Origin: Protoeuglena noctilucae
Lineage: Eukaryota
Direction of reading: 5' to 3'
Assembly: GCA_958009085.1 (NCBI GenBank)
Contig: OY253689.1
Coordinates: 186,001 to 250,000, forward strand
Length of the DNA: 64,000 nucleotides
The translations under genes and the position numbers were made by a program. This document shows positions 10,467 through 23,910 of the stretch, piece by piece. Numbering within the stretch: position 1 is the first letter of the stretch; each line of letters opens with the position of its first letter. The notes under the pieces are model-generated. The model saw only the letters and a program-made list of their open reading frames with translations. It was not told the DNA's origin and searched no databases.

Positions 10467-13400
10467 TTAGTACATGTCCTGCACTCTGGCGACGTCCGGT
10501 GCACCCGCAGCCACCCCGCGTGCCCGCAGCAGTGCCCCCGCGACCCTGAGCCCGTCCACGGCCGCGCTCACGATCCCACCCGCATACCCCGCGCCCTCCC
10601 CGGACGGGTAAAGCCCCCTCACTCGCGTGGACTCGAGGGTATCTTCGTCTCTCACGATGCGGACCGGGGCGCTCGTGCGCGTCTCGACCTGCGGATGCAA
10701 AACGTGCCGGGGTTGAAACGTGCTGTCTGGCACGCGCACCCGCAAAACTGCTTCAGGGGCCGCAACAGCAAAAGCTTTTGCAACAAAGGGCCTTTGCTCT
10801 GACCGCATGTCTTCATGCTATGCGCGACCGAGGCCGTTTTATGACGCGTGCGCAGGTGAATCGTGGCAGCATGGCAAACTCTCACCCCGTACAGCACGGC
10901 GTCTTCGTGCACGAAGCCATCGAGCTGTCGGGCGAAGCGGGACAGGGCGGCGCGCAGGGCGGCCGTGATGGGTGGCGGGTACAGTTGGTCCAGGCGAGCC
11001 GAGGTGGCGCCCAGGCGGTAAGATGAAGGCGGCAGCGTCTCTGCAGACGTGGCACGGATGGCGCGTTTGAACTGGTAGTGGAAACGTGCTGTGTTGTTGG
11101 TGGCCATGCAGTACATGGACAACATAGCTGGCGCAGTTGGAAACGTGCCGTGCGAGTGCGTCGTTTACAAAACCCTCGACTGGCAGCACGAGTGCCTGAA
11201 ACCCACGCCGCGTCACCTGAGAGCCTGCCGCTGACGAAGTCCGTCACTCTCTGCACTGGCGCCTGGAACTTCCCACCGCCCATCGTCGCCGCCCTTCTCT
11301 CCATCTCCTCCTGTCAGGGCCAAGACGATGCGCATTCCTTTCATTAAAGAGGCCATGGCATGAAAGCCGTACAGGTCACGTGGAGCACAACCACGCATGA
11401 CGGCCCCAGCCCCAGCCACACCCCCCTCCACCCTCACCTGCAGCCGCAGCCCCGCCAGCACCCCGTGCTGCCCCTCATACGGCGCCCAGTCCTCGGGCAC
11501 CACTCCGACCACCAACGCCGAGTTGGCCCATCGGCTGTTGCGCCTACTGAAGCTCATGCCATTCACGCAAAGGTGCATCTCGCTGGTGCTCGTCGGGACC
11601 ACCTGGCCCCCGGGACACATGCAGAAGGAGTAGACGTTGCGACGACGCCATTCGCTGTCCCCAAACCCGCCCTGTCTCTCCCTGCCACCCGCCTCCGCAC
11701 CACCCAATGTGTCGTCAACACCCACCGTCCCATCACTGCGACTCCCCGTCGCCTCATCACTACCTCTTGTGTCATCACGTGCTACCTTCCTTGTCACATC
11801 ACCCACTCCCGCACCCATAGGCCGCCCGTCTGACCCCAACTGCGCCCCCGACGGCCCCTCTGCCCCCACCGCCCCCTTCACCGCATCCCACCGATCCCCC
11901 TCCACGGTCGGATGCTCTCTCATCCACAAATCACGCTCCGCCATCTCCTCCGCACTCGCAGCCACCGGCCCCGTCCCTCCCACAGCCTCCCCTTCGCCTC
12001 TCCTCTCTTCACCGTCGCTGCTCGACCCCGACAGCCCTTCGCCCCCGATGTCCACCTCGGCTGCCAGCCTGTAGTCCGCCACGGGTGCTTTACCCTTGCC
12101 CCGGTCCACGTGCGCCGCCAGCGTGGGGCCGTACTGCGCCTCGTCAATCGCAGACTGGGGGTGCTCAATGCGGAACCCCATTGCGAAGCGCTTGGGCACG
12201 ATCTCCACTCCCGCCTCCAGGAGCTTCTGTGAGATGAGGCGAGAGGGACGTGCATGTGGCAGGGTGCGACATGGGAGGGAGCGACGTGGGAGGGTGCAGG
12301 GTTGGGTCTGAAGCGCAGGCGAGCTGTCGTGCGCGCGAACACGACGGCCCGTGCATGCGCTGTGCCTTGCAACGCCATGATTAGATGACGCGTGTGGGAG
12401 CGCCGCTGTGACATCGATATGTCACCTCATACAGGGGCCGTGCGCTGTGCCCGACTGCCGGGATGACCGCGGAGGCCGGGACGACCTCGCCTCCCCGCAG
12501 CCGCACGCCTCTCACGGCGCCGTCGCGAACGTCGATGTCTGCCACGGTGCACCCGAACCGGACCTTCGCTCCCTGAGACTCTGCGCCACAAGAGAGGACG
12601 AAATGAAGTCACTCTTTCGTGTCATCAATCTTGGGTGAGACATGTGAAGTGGGAGGGAGCAGGATAGGACACCACCAACTTTTTTAGGATAGGGTTCGAG
12701 GGCAGATGACTCACTGGATCCCACAAGCACATCATTTTGCACCTCACGTCCTCTCACGCTTCGTATCCCACACCCGCCTCACCTAGGTGGGCTCGGAAGC
12801 CCTGCAGGATGCGCACCATCCGGTCGGTGCCCAAATGGGGCTTGCCCGCCACGAGGATGGACTCGGGCGCACCGAACCGCACCAGCGTCTGCAGCACGCA
12901 CCGCACGGGGCCCGAGTTGCGCCCGATGCGTGTCGTCAGCTTGCCATCCGACCACGTGCCCGCGCCTCCCTCCCTGCAGAGCGCCGGCGAGTCGAGCATT
13001 CCGCACCCACCCATAGCACGCCCCTGGTCATCCGCGCAAACCCCAAGCACACAGCACTTGCCCGTAGCACAGGTTGCTGTCCGGGTCGAGCTGCCGGCGC
13101 ACGAACAGCGCCCCGATGTCACGCCCGCGCTCCTCCACGGGCTGTCCCTTCTCAAGCACCGTCACTGCAACCCCCGCCTCCGCCAACGCCAGCGCCGCAA
13201 AGTACCCTGCCGGGCCTGAGCCGACGACCACGACCGGCCTGGAGGCGTCAGATGCACCGACGCCGTCGCGTCTGGGCGCGTCCCCCGCCGTGGAAGGCAG
13301 CCCGACCGTCTGCCGCAGGGTGGTGGCAGCGTCGGGTAGCGTGTCGCCTGCCAATGCCTCCATGACGCCCGGGCGGGCGGAGAGGCGTCGGGCGCCAGCT

Positions 13401-13952
13401 GCGACTGCCGCAACGGCCTCGATGTCGACCACATAGTCATAGGCAGGGTTGTTGCGCCAGCGAGGGTCGAAGGACTTGCGCACGACGCGGACGGCGCCGG
13501 CAGCGACAGTCCTGCCTGAGGGGCACCCGAGTGCGCGGGACACCGCGCGCAGCAGGGCCGGCGATGCATCGAAGAAATCCTTGCCCGGGTCGTCCTGGAG
13601 AGGATGGGAGGTGGAGCGGTGCAAAAAGTGACGCGTCGTGGCACTCAGCGCACGCACCGGCGAGCACATGGGGCCTTTCCGGATGTGATATCACCTCAAA
13701 TGGTACGCGCACTCGCATCAGCCGCCACCGCTCTGGCTTGGGAGGCCCCGGAGCAGGCTCTCCGTTGCCTGCAGGGCCCTTGCCCTTGCTGGGCCGCCGC
13801 TGCGTCGTCGTGGGACGAGCGGCCGCTGCGACCAGCCGTGAGACGCGAACATTGCCGTGGCCTGGCCCGAACGATCGCTCGTTAACGAGTGTGCCTGCGG
13901 AACCCAGTCTAACTGTGGGTAGAGCCATGGCGGCCATGGTGGCCGCTGCCAT
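10467..13952 (-). CDS. FAD-dependent oxidoreductase (COG2509 type; Arabidopsis PDE327-like), probably plastid-targeted
   Basis: VVVVGSGPAG FAD motif, GEGGAGTWSDGKL, KPHLGTD, GFRIEHPQ, VYSFCMCPGG, C-terminal GEGAGYAGGIVSAAVDG. Ala/Arg-rich N-terminus. Confidence 0.9.
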
Positions 13953-14342
13953 GGCGCCCCGACACTGGCTCGAGTAACGGATGCAAAGAGTTTCTGTTCA
14001 CGTCCTCGGATACACTTATATGCACGTGAATCCGTACGACTGGCATCTCATTGCAGGAAAAGGTGTTGCTTGGGCACAAGACCAGCTCTGTCTCCGGTCC
14101 CGTGCGCCAGACTCGCTGCAGCACCCCACCCCTGGTCGCTCCCCAATCATCGCGGATCCCTACTCGTGCGGTCGTGTCGCGCTTGCCTGCACACCTTGAC
14201 TCGCTCGTCTCGTCGCCTGCACGTTGCCTGAACGCATGCTTCCCCGACCTTCTGTTAGTAGCTGGCGGTAGGCGTCTTTCGGCGCCCGCGAAGTGGAACC
14301 GCGGCGGGCCTGCGCGCTGGCGGCCCTCGACAGGCCGGCCGA

Positions 14343-16270
14343 ATGGCCGCCCCGAGGAGGCAGCGACGGGCGGGCGGGGTGACGACGCGTTTCTTCGAAC
14401 CCGCTCCCACGAGCGTCACCCTCCCGTCGCCGTCCGCGCCCGCGACCCCGGCCCCGGACCTGCGCGGCTTCGGCATGTCCGGGAGATCCGTGAGTCCGAC
14501 CACGGCGCTCACGCGGGCGTACGCCAACATCGGCTTCATGCCGCTGTCGATGCCGAAACTCGGGCGCGACTGCGACGTCCCCGCTTTCGCCGCGCGGGTG
14601 GATTCCCCGGGGCCTCGCACCGCGGCACCCTGGGACCGGCCGAACGGATCGTCCCGGCCGCCGGACATGGAGATTTCCTCGAGGTAAATTACTTGCGATC
14701 CACTCCTTCCCGCCTAAATCGCCCGGGGGGCTGCTCTGCAAGGGCGCACGCCTTTTGCTCCTGCAGGGCCGCGCGACGGGCGCAGTGGCAGGCCAAGGGC
14801 GTCCGCCAGGGCCTAACGGACACCGTGTCGTCCATCAAGTCCGTCGCCAGCATGCACAGCATGATGGCCAGCTCGCGGCCGCCCCCCTCGCCGACGCGTG
14901 TCCGCCCCATCCCTAACCACGAGGCCTCGGGCTACAACCTGGCCCCAGCCTTCGTGCCCTCCTCCTCCTCCGTCGCCCCGGCGAGCACGGGCCTGAGCGT
15001 CCGGCCGCTCCTGACGCAGTCGCTGCGCGCCGCGCCCCTGCGGGACCACGCGAGGGGCCACGGGGGTGGTCCCGTCGGCGCGGCCTCCAAGCTGGCCATG
15101 GCGCAGTGGGTGTCCGGGGGTGGAGGCGGTGGCGGGGACGGCGGCGGTGATCGCCCGGAGGCGCTTCTGGGCGCCATTCAGGGGGGTTTCGCGCACCGGG
15201 AGGTGGGGCGCATCGGCCTGGGTGTGGGGGAGCTGCAAGCGCGGCGGGATGCGGGAGCGCTGGGGTCCTTTGATCCTTGGCATGCGCGAGACGCCCCCGC
15301 TGCCGCGGAGGCCTTCTTAGGTCGCCGATCGATGGAGGGACCGCTCCCCAGCACGGACCCGCCCAACTCCAAGTTCCGGCCCCACCATCCGAGCGCACTG
15401 CCGGCTTTCCAGGAAAGCTTGCGGCCCTCGGGACTCGTCCGGCCTCCCCGGGGCGCCATCCAGGCGCAGCGCGAGGCGGGGCACGGGGCCGGGGCCGGCT
15501 ACGTGGGCTACGGCCACTCGATGAACGTGGGGTCGACCATTCGGTACGCGGAGCCAGGCACGGCGGGGTTCGCGGAGGCTTCTGAGACTTTCCGGGGCGA
15601 GAAGCCCTTCGGACGCGTGCCGGCGGACCCAACCACCCTGGTGAGCTGCTGGCAGGCAGGGGCACTGGCGCAGGGCGACGCGCTGTGGGACCTGGGTGAC
15701 CCTTTGCAGAGAGCAAGCGTAAGGGAGATGTTCAGGACAATTGGTGCGTGTTTGCTTGCAGCCCCCGGCGAGGGACAGGGCGGCGGCGGCCATCCAAGCT
15801 GCTGCTACTTTCGAGCGGAGGGCAGCCACGCTGGCCAGGTGCATTGCGGCGTGGTGCGGCTGTTGAGGAAGCCGGCGCACCCACCCTGCGCCGACGTGCT
15901 TGCATCTGCTGAGCTGCAACGTCATGCTGTGACGTTGTGGCACATGGGATGAGACGTGCTTTCCAGGGTGCAGCTTGCGACGTGTTCTCAACTTACGTGG
16001 CTCCTCCCATCGGCCTGCAGGTACGAGCACGTTGCGCACGAGGAGGCGGAGAAGCAGCTGGTTTTCTCCCAGGCCAACCTGTTTGGGCACCGCACGGCGA
16101 CGGAGGCGTACGCACGGTCGGTCGCGCGGCGGCAGGACATGAACCAGGCCTTCTTCGCCAATCAGGATCCCGAGGTCCGGTACTCGGGGCTTGGCAAGTT
16201 CGGGAGGAACGCGGAAGCACCCTCCGCCGGGCGCGGGGTCCTTCGTGTTCCGTTTGGCACGGACGCCTGA
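14343..16270 (+). CDS. Hypothetical protein (3 exons, low complexity, ends RVPFGTDA)
   Basis: ATG 14343. In-phase GT-AG introns at about 14684-14766 and 15641-16020. Coding-like GC3 bias. No recognised domain. Confidence 0.6.
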
Positions 16271-16703
16271 GCAAGCTGGGCGATCGTGCTTGGCATCGGC
16301 TTGGTGCATGTGTGGGGTAGGGACCCGACCGCGAGAGCCGTCTCAGTTGGGCCCCGGAGGCCCTCCTGGTCTTTTGTCGACGCAGCCTCGACGAAACGCC
16401 TGGTCAGCAACCCGTTTCCTCATCCACCGTTGGGCGATGTTGCTGTAGATGCTTCCCTTCCACACCGCCTTCACCACGCCCCGATTCCAAACACGCTCCC
16501 GGCAGCGCGTCGTGCTCCCAGACACACCCCGTGGTTGCAGCAAGGCACGGTTCGCTCTCTCCCGTCGTGTTTGTTGAACAGTTCCGTAATCCCTTTTGCA
16601 AGCAGGCACCCCCCCGCATGCTTTGGCCCACCGCTAGCAGGGCTGGGCCCCATCCCATGCCTTCATGCATGGTTTGAAAGGACATGGTGACCTGTTTGGC
16701 TAG

Positions 16704-18005
16704 CTAGCTCGCGTCCCAGAACAGCAGGGGCACCATCCCGAGCAAGCACCCTACGCTAATACCCACGCAGCTCCCCGCCAGCCGCGCCGCACGCACGGAC
16801 CGGTGCCGCCTCTGCGCTCGTGTGAGCGTCGGTAGGCGCCCCGACCCCATCTTGGACAGTGCTGCCTCAATGGAGTCCGCCATGCCCAGCCCCAGCACGT
16901 CTGACGCCATGTTACCCAACCCTGCAGCAGCCATGGTCGACAAACCGAACCACGCACCCAGCGAATGGTCGATCGCCTCCCCCGCCATGATCATCCCGAA
17001 GTTGTCCAGAAACCTACGAACGAAGGGGTGGTGCTATGCTTTCTTGCCACATGCGGGCTTGTGCACAGCACCCGGTCACACGGTCACTGCAGGAGGCCCA
17101 CCCGGGCCTGTGCCAGCTGCCTGACCCAGACTCACAGACACCGTCGCGTGAGTGACACTCACCCGAACCCGACAAAAGGGATCCCTCCCGCGATGGCCAC
17201 CAGCATCAGCTGCCTCGACGACGGCCGCTCTGCCTCCCCGTCTGCCCCGTCATCCTGGGCCTCCCGGGACCCTGACTCAGCCTCACGTGCTGCGTCGTGG
17301 AGACGCAGGGCCTCCTGGAACTCCGCAGGGCTCAGCGACCCGTCCCGGTTCCCGCCCTGGTCCGCCTGACGGAACAACGCCTCCGTATACGCGCTGCGAG
17401 GGTGGCGAGGTGCATGCGGGCGTGGACCAGCCAGGCTATCCAGTCAGATGAGGCATCTGAAGATGCCAGTTATGACATGCATCTTTGCTAGTCAGCTCAC
17501 CTGACTTTCCCTGGGTCCGCGGTCGCACTCGCCACAGCAGCTTGCCGCAGCACTCGCACCAAGGCGATGCGCTGGGCCGCGGTCAGGTGCTCCCCGATGA
17601 GCTTTGCTGCGTTGCCAGGGTCTGCCTCGGCCCTGCGCGGCGAGCGGTTTTGCATCACTAGGCGAGCCCAGCAACAAGAGGCAACAAAGAAGCGAGTGGG
17701 CTGACATTGGACGGACAAGTGGCACGGGCAACTCGGTGTTTCTTCGCTGCATCATAAACCACGCACCATTGCGAGAGGCGGTGGAACGCCGCAACGTCTC
17801 CGGTCACAGATGTTGACAGGGCGGACGGGGACGAGAAAAAGCCCCTCGCGCAGCCCCTGAGGAGAGCGCCGGGTCCCGATTGCGGCTCATAGCTCAAGGT
17901 AGCGTTGGCCACTGCACGGGGTCCCAGAGGCGCGCAGCAGAAGAACACGGGGGATTTCCATGCAACGCCCCCGCTCAAGTCCTTCCCCAGAGCTCTCCGA
18001 AGCAT
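16704..18005 (-). CDS. TMEM65-family mitochondrial membrane protein with an N-terminal EF-hand-like motif
   Basis: GIPFVGFG|FLDN..MIMAGEAIDHSLG..LSTMAAAGLGNMASDVLGLG and GISVGCLLGMVPLLF match TMEM65. ADQGGNRDGSLSPAEF lies upstream. MLRRALG start resembles a mitochondrial presequence. Confidence 0.88.
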
Positions 18006-18216
18006 ATTTGCGCAAGCAGATAACGACGGCAGCGATGAAGAGTGTCGAATTTCAAATCCCGAGTCGATCGACCGTCACCTGGACAAGAAGATTCCGAATG
18101 CCCGCCGAAAATGCCAGAACATGCATGTCCGCCACAGCCAGCGCCTCAAGCACCAGCGCGTCCACATATAGTCAGAGGCCTGACCACCTTCGACGCGCAG
18201 CGCACACTGCGGGACA

Positions 18217-20313
18217 ATGGAGATGTCGGGACTGGTGGCTCCCCGTCCGGGAGCCTCCTGTACGAGCGCCAATCACACGATGCGCTGCGCCTTGTTGAGT
18301 ACCCCACGACTGCATGCAGGCGCATCATTCAGAAGCGGGGCTGCGCGGCCGATGGAGGGGCGCGGGGGGGCGCGGGGCGTCGCAGCTGCTAGGTGAGCGT
18401 GAGGAGGGCGTCTTGAGACCTTTCATGTATCACCGACGGGGAGGAACGCAACAACGATGCTGCGGGAGCTGCGACGAGCTGGCGATGTGGCGCAACGTCG
18501 CCGCGCGCCCCTCCTCTGCAGCGTGGCCGCACAGGCCCCATCCATCCCTGGGCTGGAGCTCCGGCGCCGAAAGCTGGGATCTTCGGACCTGTTGGTATCT
18601 GAGGCCTGCATGGGTGTGTTTTTGACCGCCAGGATGGTCCCCGCGATGCACACAGCGAGCCTCCCCCACACGTCCTCCTAAGCACTTTTCTCCGCAGGGA
18701 CGATGACGTTTGGCCAGCAGAACACAGAGGCCGAGGCGCACGAGCAGCTGAGCTTCGCTTGGGATTGCGGGGTCAACTTCCTGGACACCAGCGAGGCGAG
18801 TGTGGGACGGTCATTGCATGGTCGTGTACGCAGGGGCCTCATGCAGCATCTATGACGCATCTGCTGGGCCTTTGTGCTGCAGATTTACCCCGTGATGCCC
18901 ATGCGCGCGACAGGCGGGCGCACGTCGACCATCATCGGCAAGTGGCTCCGTGGGCGGGCACGGGACACGGTCGTCGTGGCCACCAAAGTCTCGGGGCGCT
19001 CCCAGGGCCTGGAGTGGATCCCCGCGAACCGCACGGAGCCCCGCGGGTCGGAATCGAACCCCCGCGTCGACGCGGCATCCATCCGCGCGGCATGCGAGGC
19101 CGAGCTGCGGCGCCTCAACACCGACTACCTCGACTTGTTCCAGATCCACTGGCCGGATCGCTACGTACCCGGTTTCGGTGCCTCGCGCTACCAGCGCAAG
19201 CAGGAGCGCGACTACGTGCCCTTTGAGGAGCAGGTGGAGGCCATGGGGCGCCTGATCGAGGAGGGCAAGGTGAGGCAGGGGGCACCCTCGTGGATGAAAT
19301 CGATTGGTGAGATAGTGACAGATGGTGCAAGTGTATGTGGGGATGATGCAGTGACAAGGCGCGTTCCATGATACCTGCGCCGTGCGAACCAGCACCAGCG
19401 CTGTTAACCACCAGCTGTCAACCACGCAAGCCTGTCTCCCACGCAGATCCGCCACTGGGGCCTCTCCAACGAGACTACCTTCGGCGTGACCATGCACTGC
19501 CTCACGGCCGACCGTCTCGGGGTGCCGCGGCCCGTGTCGGTGCAGAACTCCTTCTCCCTGCTGCATCGGTCGTTTGAGACGGAGCTGGCGGAGGCGTGCT
19601 CTCCCAGGCACTTCAATTTGGGCCTTCTCCCTTGGTCCGCCATGGCCGGGGTGAGGAGATGGGTTTGTGAATGGGTTTGAGAGGGTTCAGAGGCGCAGCG
19701 CTGACCAATTCATTCACCTGCCAGAGCCCGCAGCGCAAAGCCAGTTGCTTACTTTCTGTCACGTGCTTTCGTGCATACAGGGTGCGCTGTCGGGCAAGTA
19801 CCTCGGGGGCAAAGCTGACCCGAACTGGCGACTGGAGATTTGGAAAAGTCGATACCAGCGCTTCCGCAACGATCGGGCGTTGCAGGCGACCGAGGAGTAC
19901 GCGCGGGTGAGCAGAGCACGTTTGCTGGCGTGGCGCGCCGCCGCAATGAACTGAGTGCCTAATGCCTATCCATCCGACACACCCGTGTCCGCTCCTGCGC
20001 TGCAGATTGCGAAGGAGGCGGGCATCACGCCTGCCCAGCTGGCCTACGCCTTCTGCCGTTCGCGGGACTTCATCCCAAGCACGATCATTGGTGAGATTCA
20101 CATGCAATGCTTATCAAACGATAAGCTGTTGCCTGCCCGCGCTCCTACCAGCACTGTGAGATGTCCCTTCTGTCCCCGCTTTGCGCAGGGGCGACGACCA
20201 TGGAGCAGCTGAGGGAGAACCTGGGGGCGTTTGCAGTCACGCTGTCCGAGGACACGATGGCTGCCATCGACGACGTGCACCTGCGGATGCGGGACCCCTC
20301 CCAAATGGACTGA
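18217..20313 (+). CDS. Aldo-keto reductase, Tas-like, organelle-targeted
   Basis: LGSSDLLVSEACMGTMTFGQQNTE, FLDTSE|IYP, VATK, DYLDLFQIHWPDRY, GLSNET. The catalytic D/Y/K/H residues are present. Confidence 0.92.
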
Positions 20314-20395
20314 AGCCCAGGATTTTTTCACGACGATGGCGCAGCGTGGGCGAGGAGGCTGGCAATAGTGCCGCACCCTTTTTGGTCTTCTGCGC

Positions 20396-20400
20396 TGTAA
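20396..20400 (+). promoter_or_regulatory. TGTAA chlorophyte-type polyadenylation signal (AKR 3' UTR)
   Basis: TGTAA about 83 nt after the AKR stop codon. Confidence 0.5.
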
Positions 20401-20470
20401 CGATCGAGTTTTCGCCGCACAATAGTCGAAGATGTTCAAGCGTAGAGGCTGAGATAGAGACCTAACCCTC

Positions 20471-21905
20471 CTAGTACACGAAAGGGAACACGGCTTTCCA
20501 GTGCGGCGGCGTCTGAAACTTGGCTCGGTACCACGCCAGGTGCCCCAGCGCGGACACCGACAGGTTGCCGACGACGAACCCGAGCACCTGCGCAGTGGAT
20601 AGGCGTGTCTGGCTTCATCAACGTGGGTGTTCGTATCTGCAGGCCCACCCACGTGCACGTCGATATCGACCCACGTGCTCACCGCCAAGATGCTGGCCGC
20701 GTGCACGGGGCTCGCGGGCTGGAGCAGGCACGGCAGAGCGAGTCCGACGTAAGAGATGATTTCGGCCGTGTAGTGCGGGCAAGCGACCCACTCAAACGGC
20801 CCCCCTTTCGGCAGCACGTAGGTCCCGGGGGGCAACCCTGACCTGCGGCGCACCATACCGGCAACGCAGGCACTCATCGCGCCACTATGGGCCGTCTTTT
20901 ACAGATCGTTTGTCCGCAAGCGGGGGCTACGCTGTGGCCGGTGCGCACACGCCCTCCACAGCACGCTCCGCGCTCGCTTACGCACCTGACAATGGCCAGC
21001 TTGTAGTGCACCCACGCCTGGACCACCTGGCCCGTAACGAAGAGAGCGAGCGCGACGGAGCTCGCCACAGGGGCGCCCGCGACAATCGCCGCGATGGCGG
21101 CGGTTGCAGTGCGCGGCAGGCTGCCGGTTGCCGTCAACACTGTCGACAACGCGGGCCCTGCAGCAACCAGGGACTCGACGGCCTGCGTCGAGCACGTGGC
21201 GCCGGCGAGCGTCCACGGCATGGCGACGTAGTAGAGGGTCCCGATGGCCCATGCTGCCACGTGAATGCGAGACCCCGGGCGGTGCGTCGTGAGGCTCAGC
21301 GTCTCGGCCAGACGCCGCGTGACGTGAAGCCAGAACAACGAGAGGACCGCCAGCTGCAGCTGACCGCAGTGACTCCCTGCGTGTGAGGCGAAAAAGCACA
21401 GCAGGTCTACTGCGAGCGGCACCGTGCCAAGTTCGCCTGTTGCAGAATCCAGCATACAGGGTCGCACAAGCATTCCGTTGCACATCACCTGGGCGTCCGA
21501 CGACGAGGGCAGTGCCGAGGAGAGCGAGGGCGGCGACAAGGAATCCCACGACTGCGAGAGGGATCCAGCGGCCGTATGTATATCAACAGGTCATTCATCC
21601 GGCGGCCCATCCACGGCCTCAGTGACGCACGCACCGTAAAAGGTGTCGAAGAACCAGCGGGGCACGCTCAGCCGCGACCACCACGTGTCGGCACTGCGCC
21701 GTTTCTCGCTGCCTGCTTGGGGACCGCTCGGGTCCACCTTGCCCATTCTAGCGATGGGATCGAGCCACCGTCGCAGCGCCGACGGCATCGGCAGCAAGTA
21801 CAACAGGGCGAGTGCGGCGGATGCCGCCCATCCGCACAGGAGCGGCCAATCTGCATCGATAGGGAGCGATGTGGTCCCCAGATCGGCCATCGAGTCTCGG
21901 CGCAT
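20471..21905 (-). CDS. Polyprenol reductase / steroid 5-alpha-reductase family (SRD5A3/DFG10-like)
   Basis: LSVPRWFFDTFY, HVTRRLAE, YVLPKGGPFEWVACPHYTAEIISY, C-terminal WYRAKF...KAVFPFVY-stop. The start may be 21905 or 21890. Confidence 0.88.
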
Positions 21906-22290
21906 GTTGTCTACAGCCACGGGTTCTGCGATCTGAAAGCATGCATCCAGGGTCACCCGCATGGGAAGCCATGGCTGTAGGCCTCCCCCACACGCTGTTT
22001 TACCACCCTGTTATCGCCATGCAGCACAGAAGACAAAAGCCAGGGCACCAGTGCCCGCGGGCAGCGATGTCTGACTGCTGAGGATCCAAGGAACGGGGTC
22101 GCGGCGTATGGCGAGCTCCGGCCAGCCGGGTATGCCACCGTCAGATCAGCAAGCGTGGTCAGAACTGGCCTGGTTCGCCATCCGAGCGTCAAGTCCGAGA
22201 GCAGGCGTTTCTGAACTCGCATCGGCTGCTGCGACTACAGCACCAGGAGACTAACAAAGCGCTACGAGGCTTGCACAGCGTCCGCAGCTG

Positions 22291-23695
22291 ATGCACGCAA
22301 TCAGCTGCGGCTTGTCGCCGCGGACCTCGGCTCCCCGACAAAAACGAGCACGACAAACGCGTGTGCGGGCGTTTCGACCCCCGGGGTCCTTCAATGATCT
22401 ACTGAAGCAGGTCAGAATCGGAGCGGGTCACGGACAGGCAATCTCGTGCGATTTGATGCCCTTTGTGCCCATCATCTCATCGCCTTGGCTGCTAGCAGGC
22501 TCAGGTCGGTACGCAGCGTGCGCTCGAAGATGGCGCCAACTTGCTAGAGATCGAGTTCCCTCCAGCGGGCCTGTGTGCCGTGCCGGGGGATGGGGAGGGT
22601 GCCAACGAGATGTCGTGGAACATGGGCTACCTGAGGACCTTCTTGACGATGTTCAACCGGCGAGTTCCACCTGCACGGCTCTGGTTTATGCTCAGAGCCC
22701 CTCCTGCCCTCCATCGACCCGATGGTGCCATGCCATGTCGCAGGGAGGCGGACAAGACGCGGGTGTTTTTCCCCGACAAAAGCGAGATGCTGGTGGCAAA
22801 ACGGGGGAAGGGCATCGACCCCAACGCAGGGAGTTGGGTCATCGAGGCGCAGTTCCAGGACACGAGGTTTCAGGCAAGAGGGCTTGCTACATGAAAACCT
22901 TTCCAGGGGACTGACAGCAGCAACTGCCGGTGCTGCCGCTTCTGCTGTCGGGGTGGACGTCACGCTGCAGTGCCATAGATAGATACTGCACACCCGCAGC
23001 TCGACTTCCTCACTAACCCCACGGGCCTGCTCGACATCGGCCTGGACTTGAAGAAGGTGGATGTGAAGACCAAGGTGCTCAACTCCTCGGATGCGAGGTG
23101 CGTGTGTCGGCGCTGCCCAGGGAATAGAAACAGTAGGGCATAGAGGCAACAGGGATGCCGGCAGGGCAAGTCACCCTGCCGCGGTTGACACACTCGCGCA
23201 GGTTCGTCTGCGCGTACCCGTCATTCCAGGTGCAGGAGCTCGAGGCCGTCGCCGAGGTGTACCAGGCCGCCAACGGCAGGCCCGTGATTGTGGTAAGCTG
23301 CGGGGTCTGGTTGCCCGCCACGCCTTGCCTCGCGCCTCCGCCCTTGGTTGAGACGAGCTGCGATTCACTGCGCACCCCCGTGGCCCCAGTTCAATGGCGA
23401 GCTCGACCGGTTCCGCACGGGCTACTATCCCTCACTGTTCTATCCCAAGATCGCGCAACTGTCCAAGACCTTCATCCCCGCCTTCAAGCAAGCCTACTAC
23501 CTGCGCAACCTCAAGGGCAGCCGAGCGGGCTGTATCTTCCACGTTTACGGCGAGCCGTGGCAGGTCTACGCACGGAGGTCCTTCGATCCCACGGACGTCG
23601 TGCTGGTGTGGGAAGGGGACGCGATGCCGACGCTCAAGGACGTGCAGCTCAAGATCCTGCCCAACGCGCGCAGCATCGAGGGCCGCGCTGTTTGA
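22291..23695 (+). CDS. LPA3: LOW PSII ACCUMULATION 3-like protein (DUF1995), plastid
   Basis: LEIEFPPAGLCAVPGDGEGANEM, TRVFFPD, FNGELDRFRTGYYPSLFYPK, GEPWQV. Transit-peptide-like N-terminus. Confidence 0.8.
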
Positions 23696-23910
23696 AGGCT
23701 GAGAGGATAGCCTCCTGCCCCAGTAGGCAGCCCCTGGTGCCAGTCCTGCGAATGTGCATGAAACGGGGGGTCTGCCCTGCGCCGAGGGCCGCGGCCTTTG
23801 TCCCTGCGTTCAGCGCGGGTCCCATGTCAGTTCGCGCCCGCCAGTCCCGCCTTGAGAGGCGACGGACAATGTGTGTCGCATGGTAAAGAGGAGTCCGGAG
23901 CTTCAGGCCA

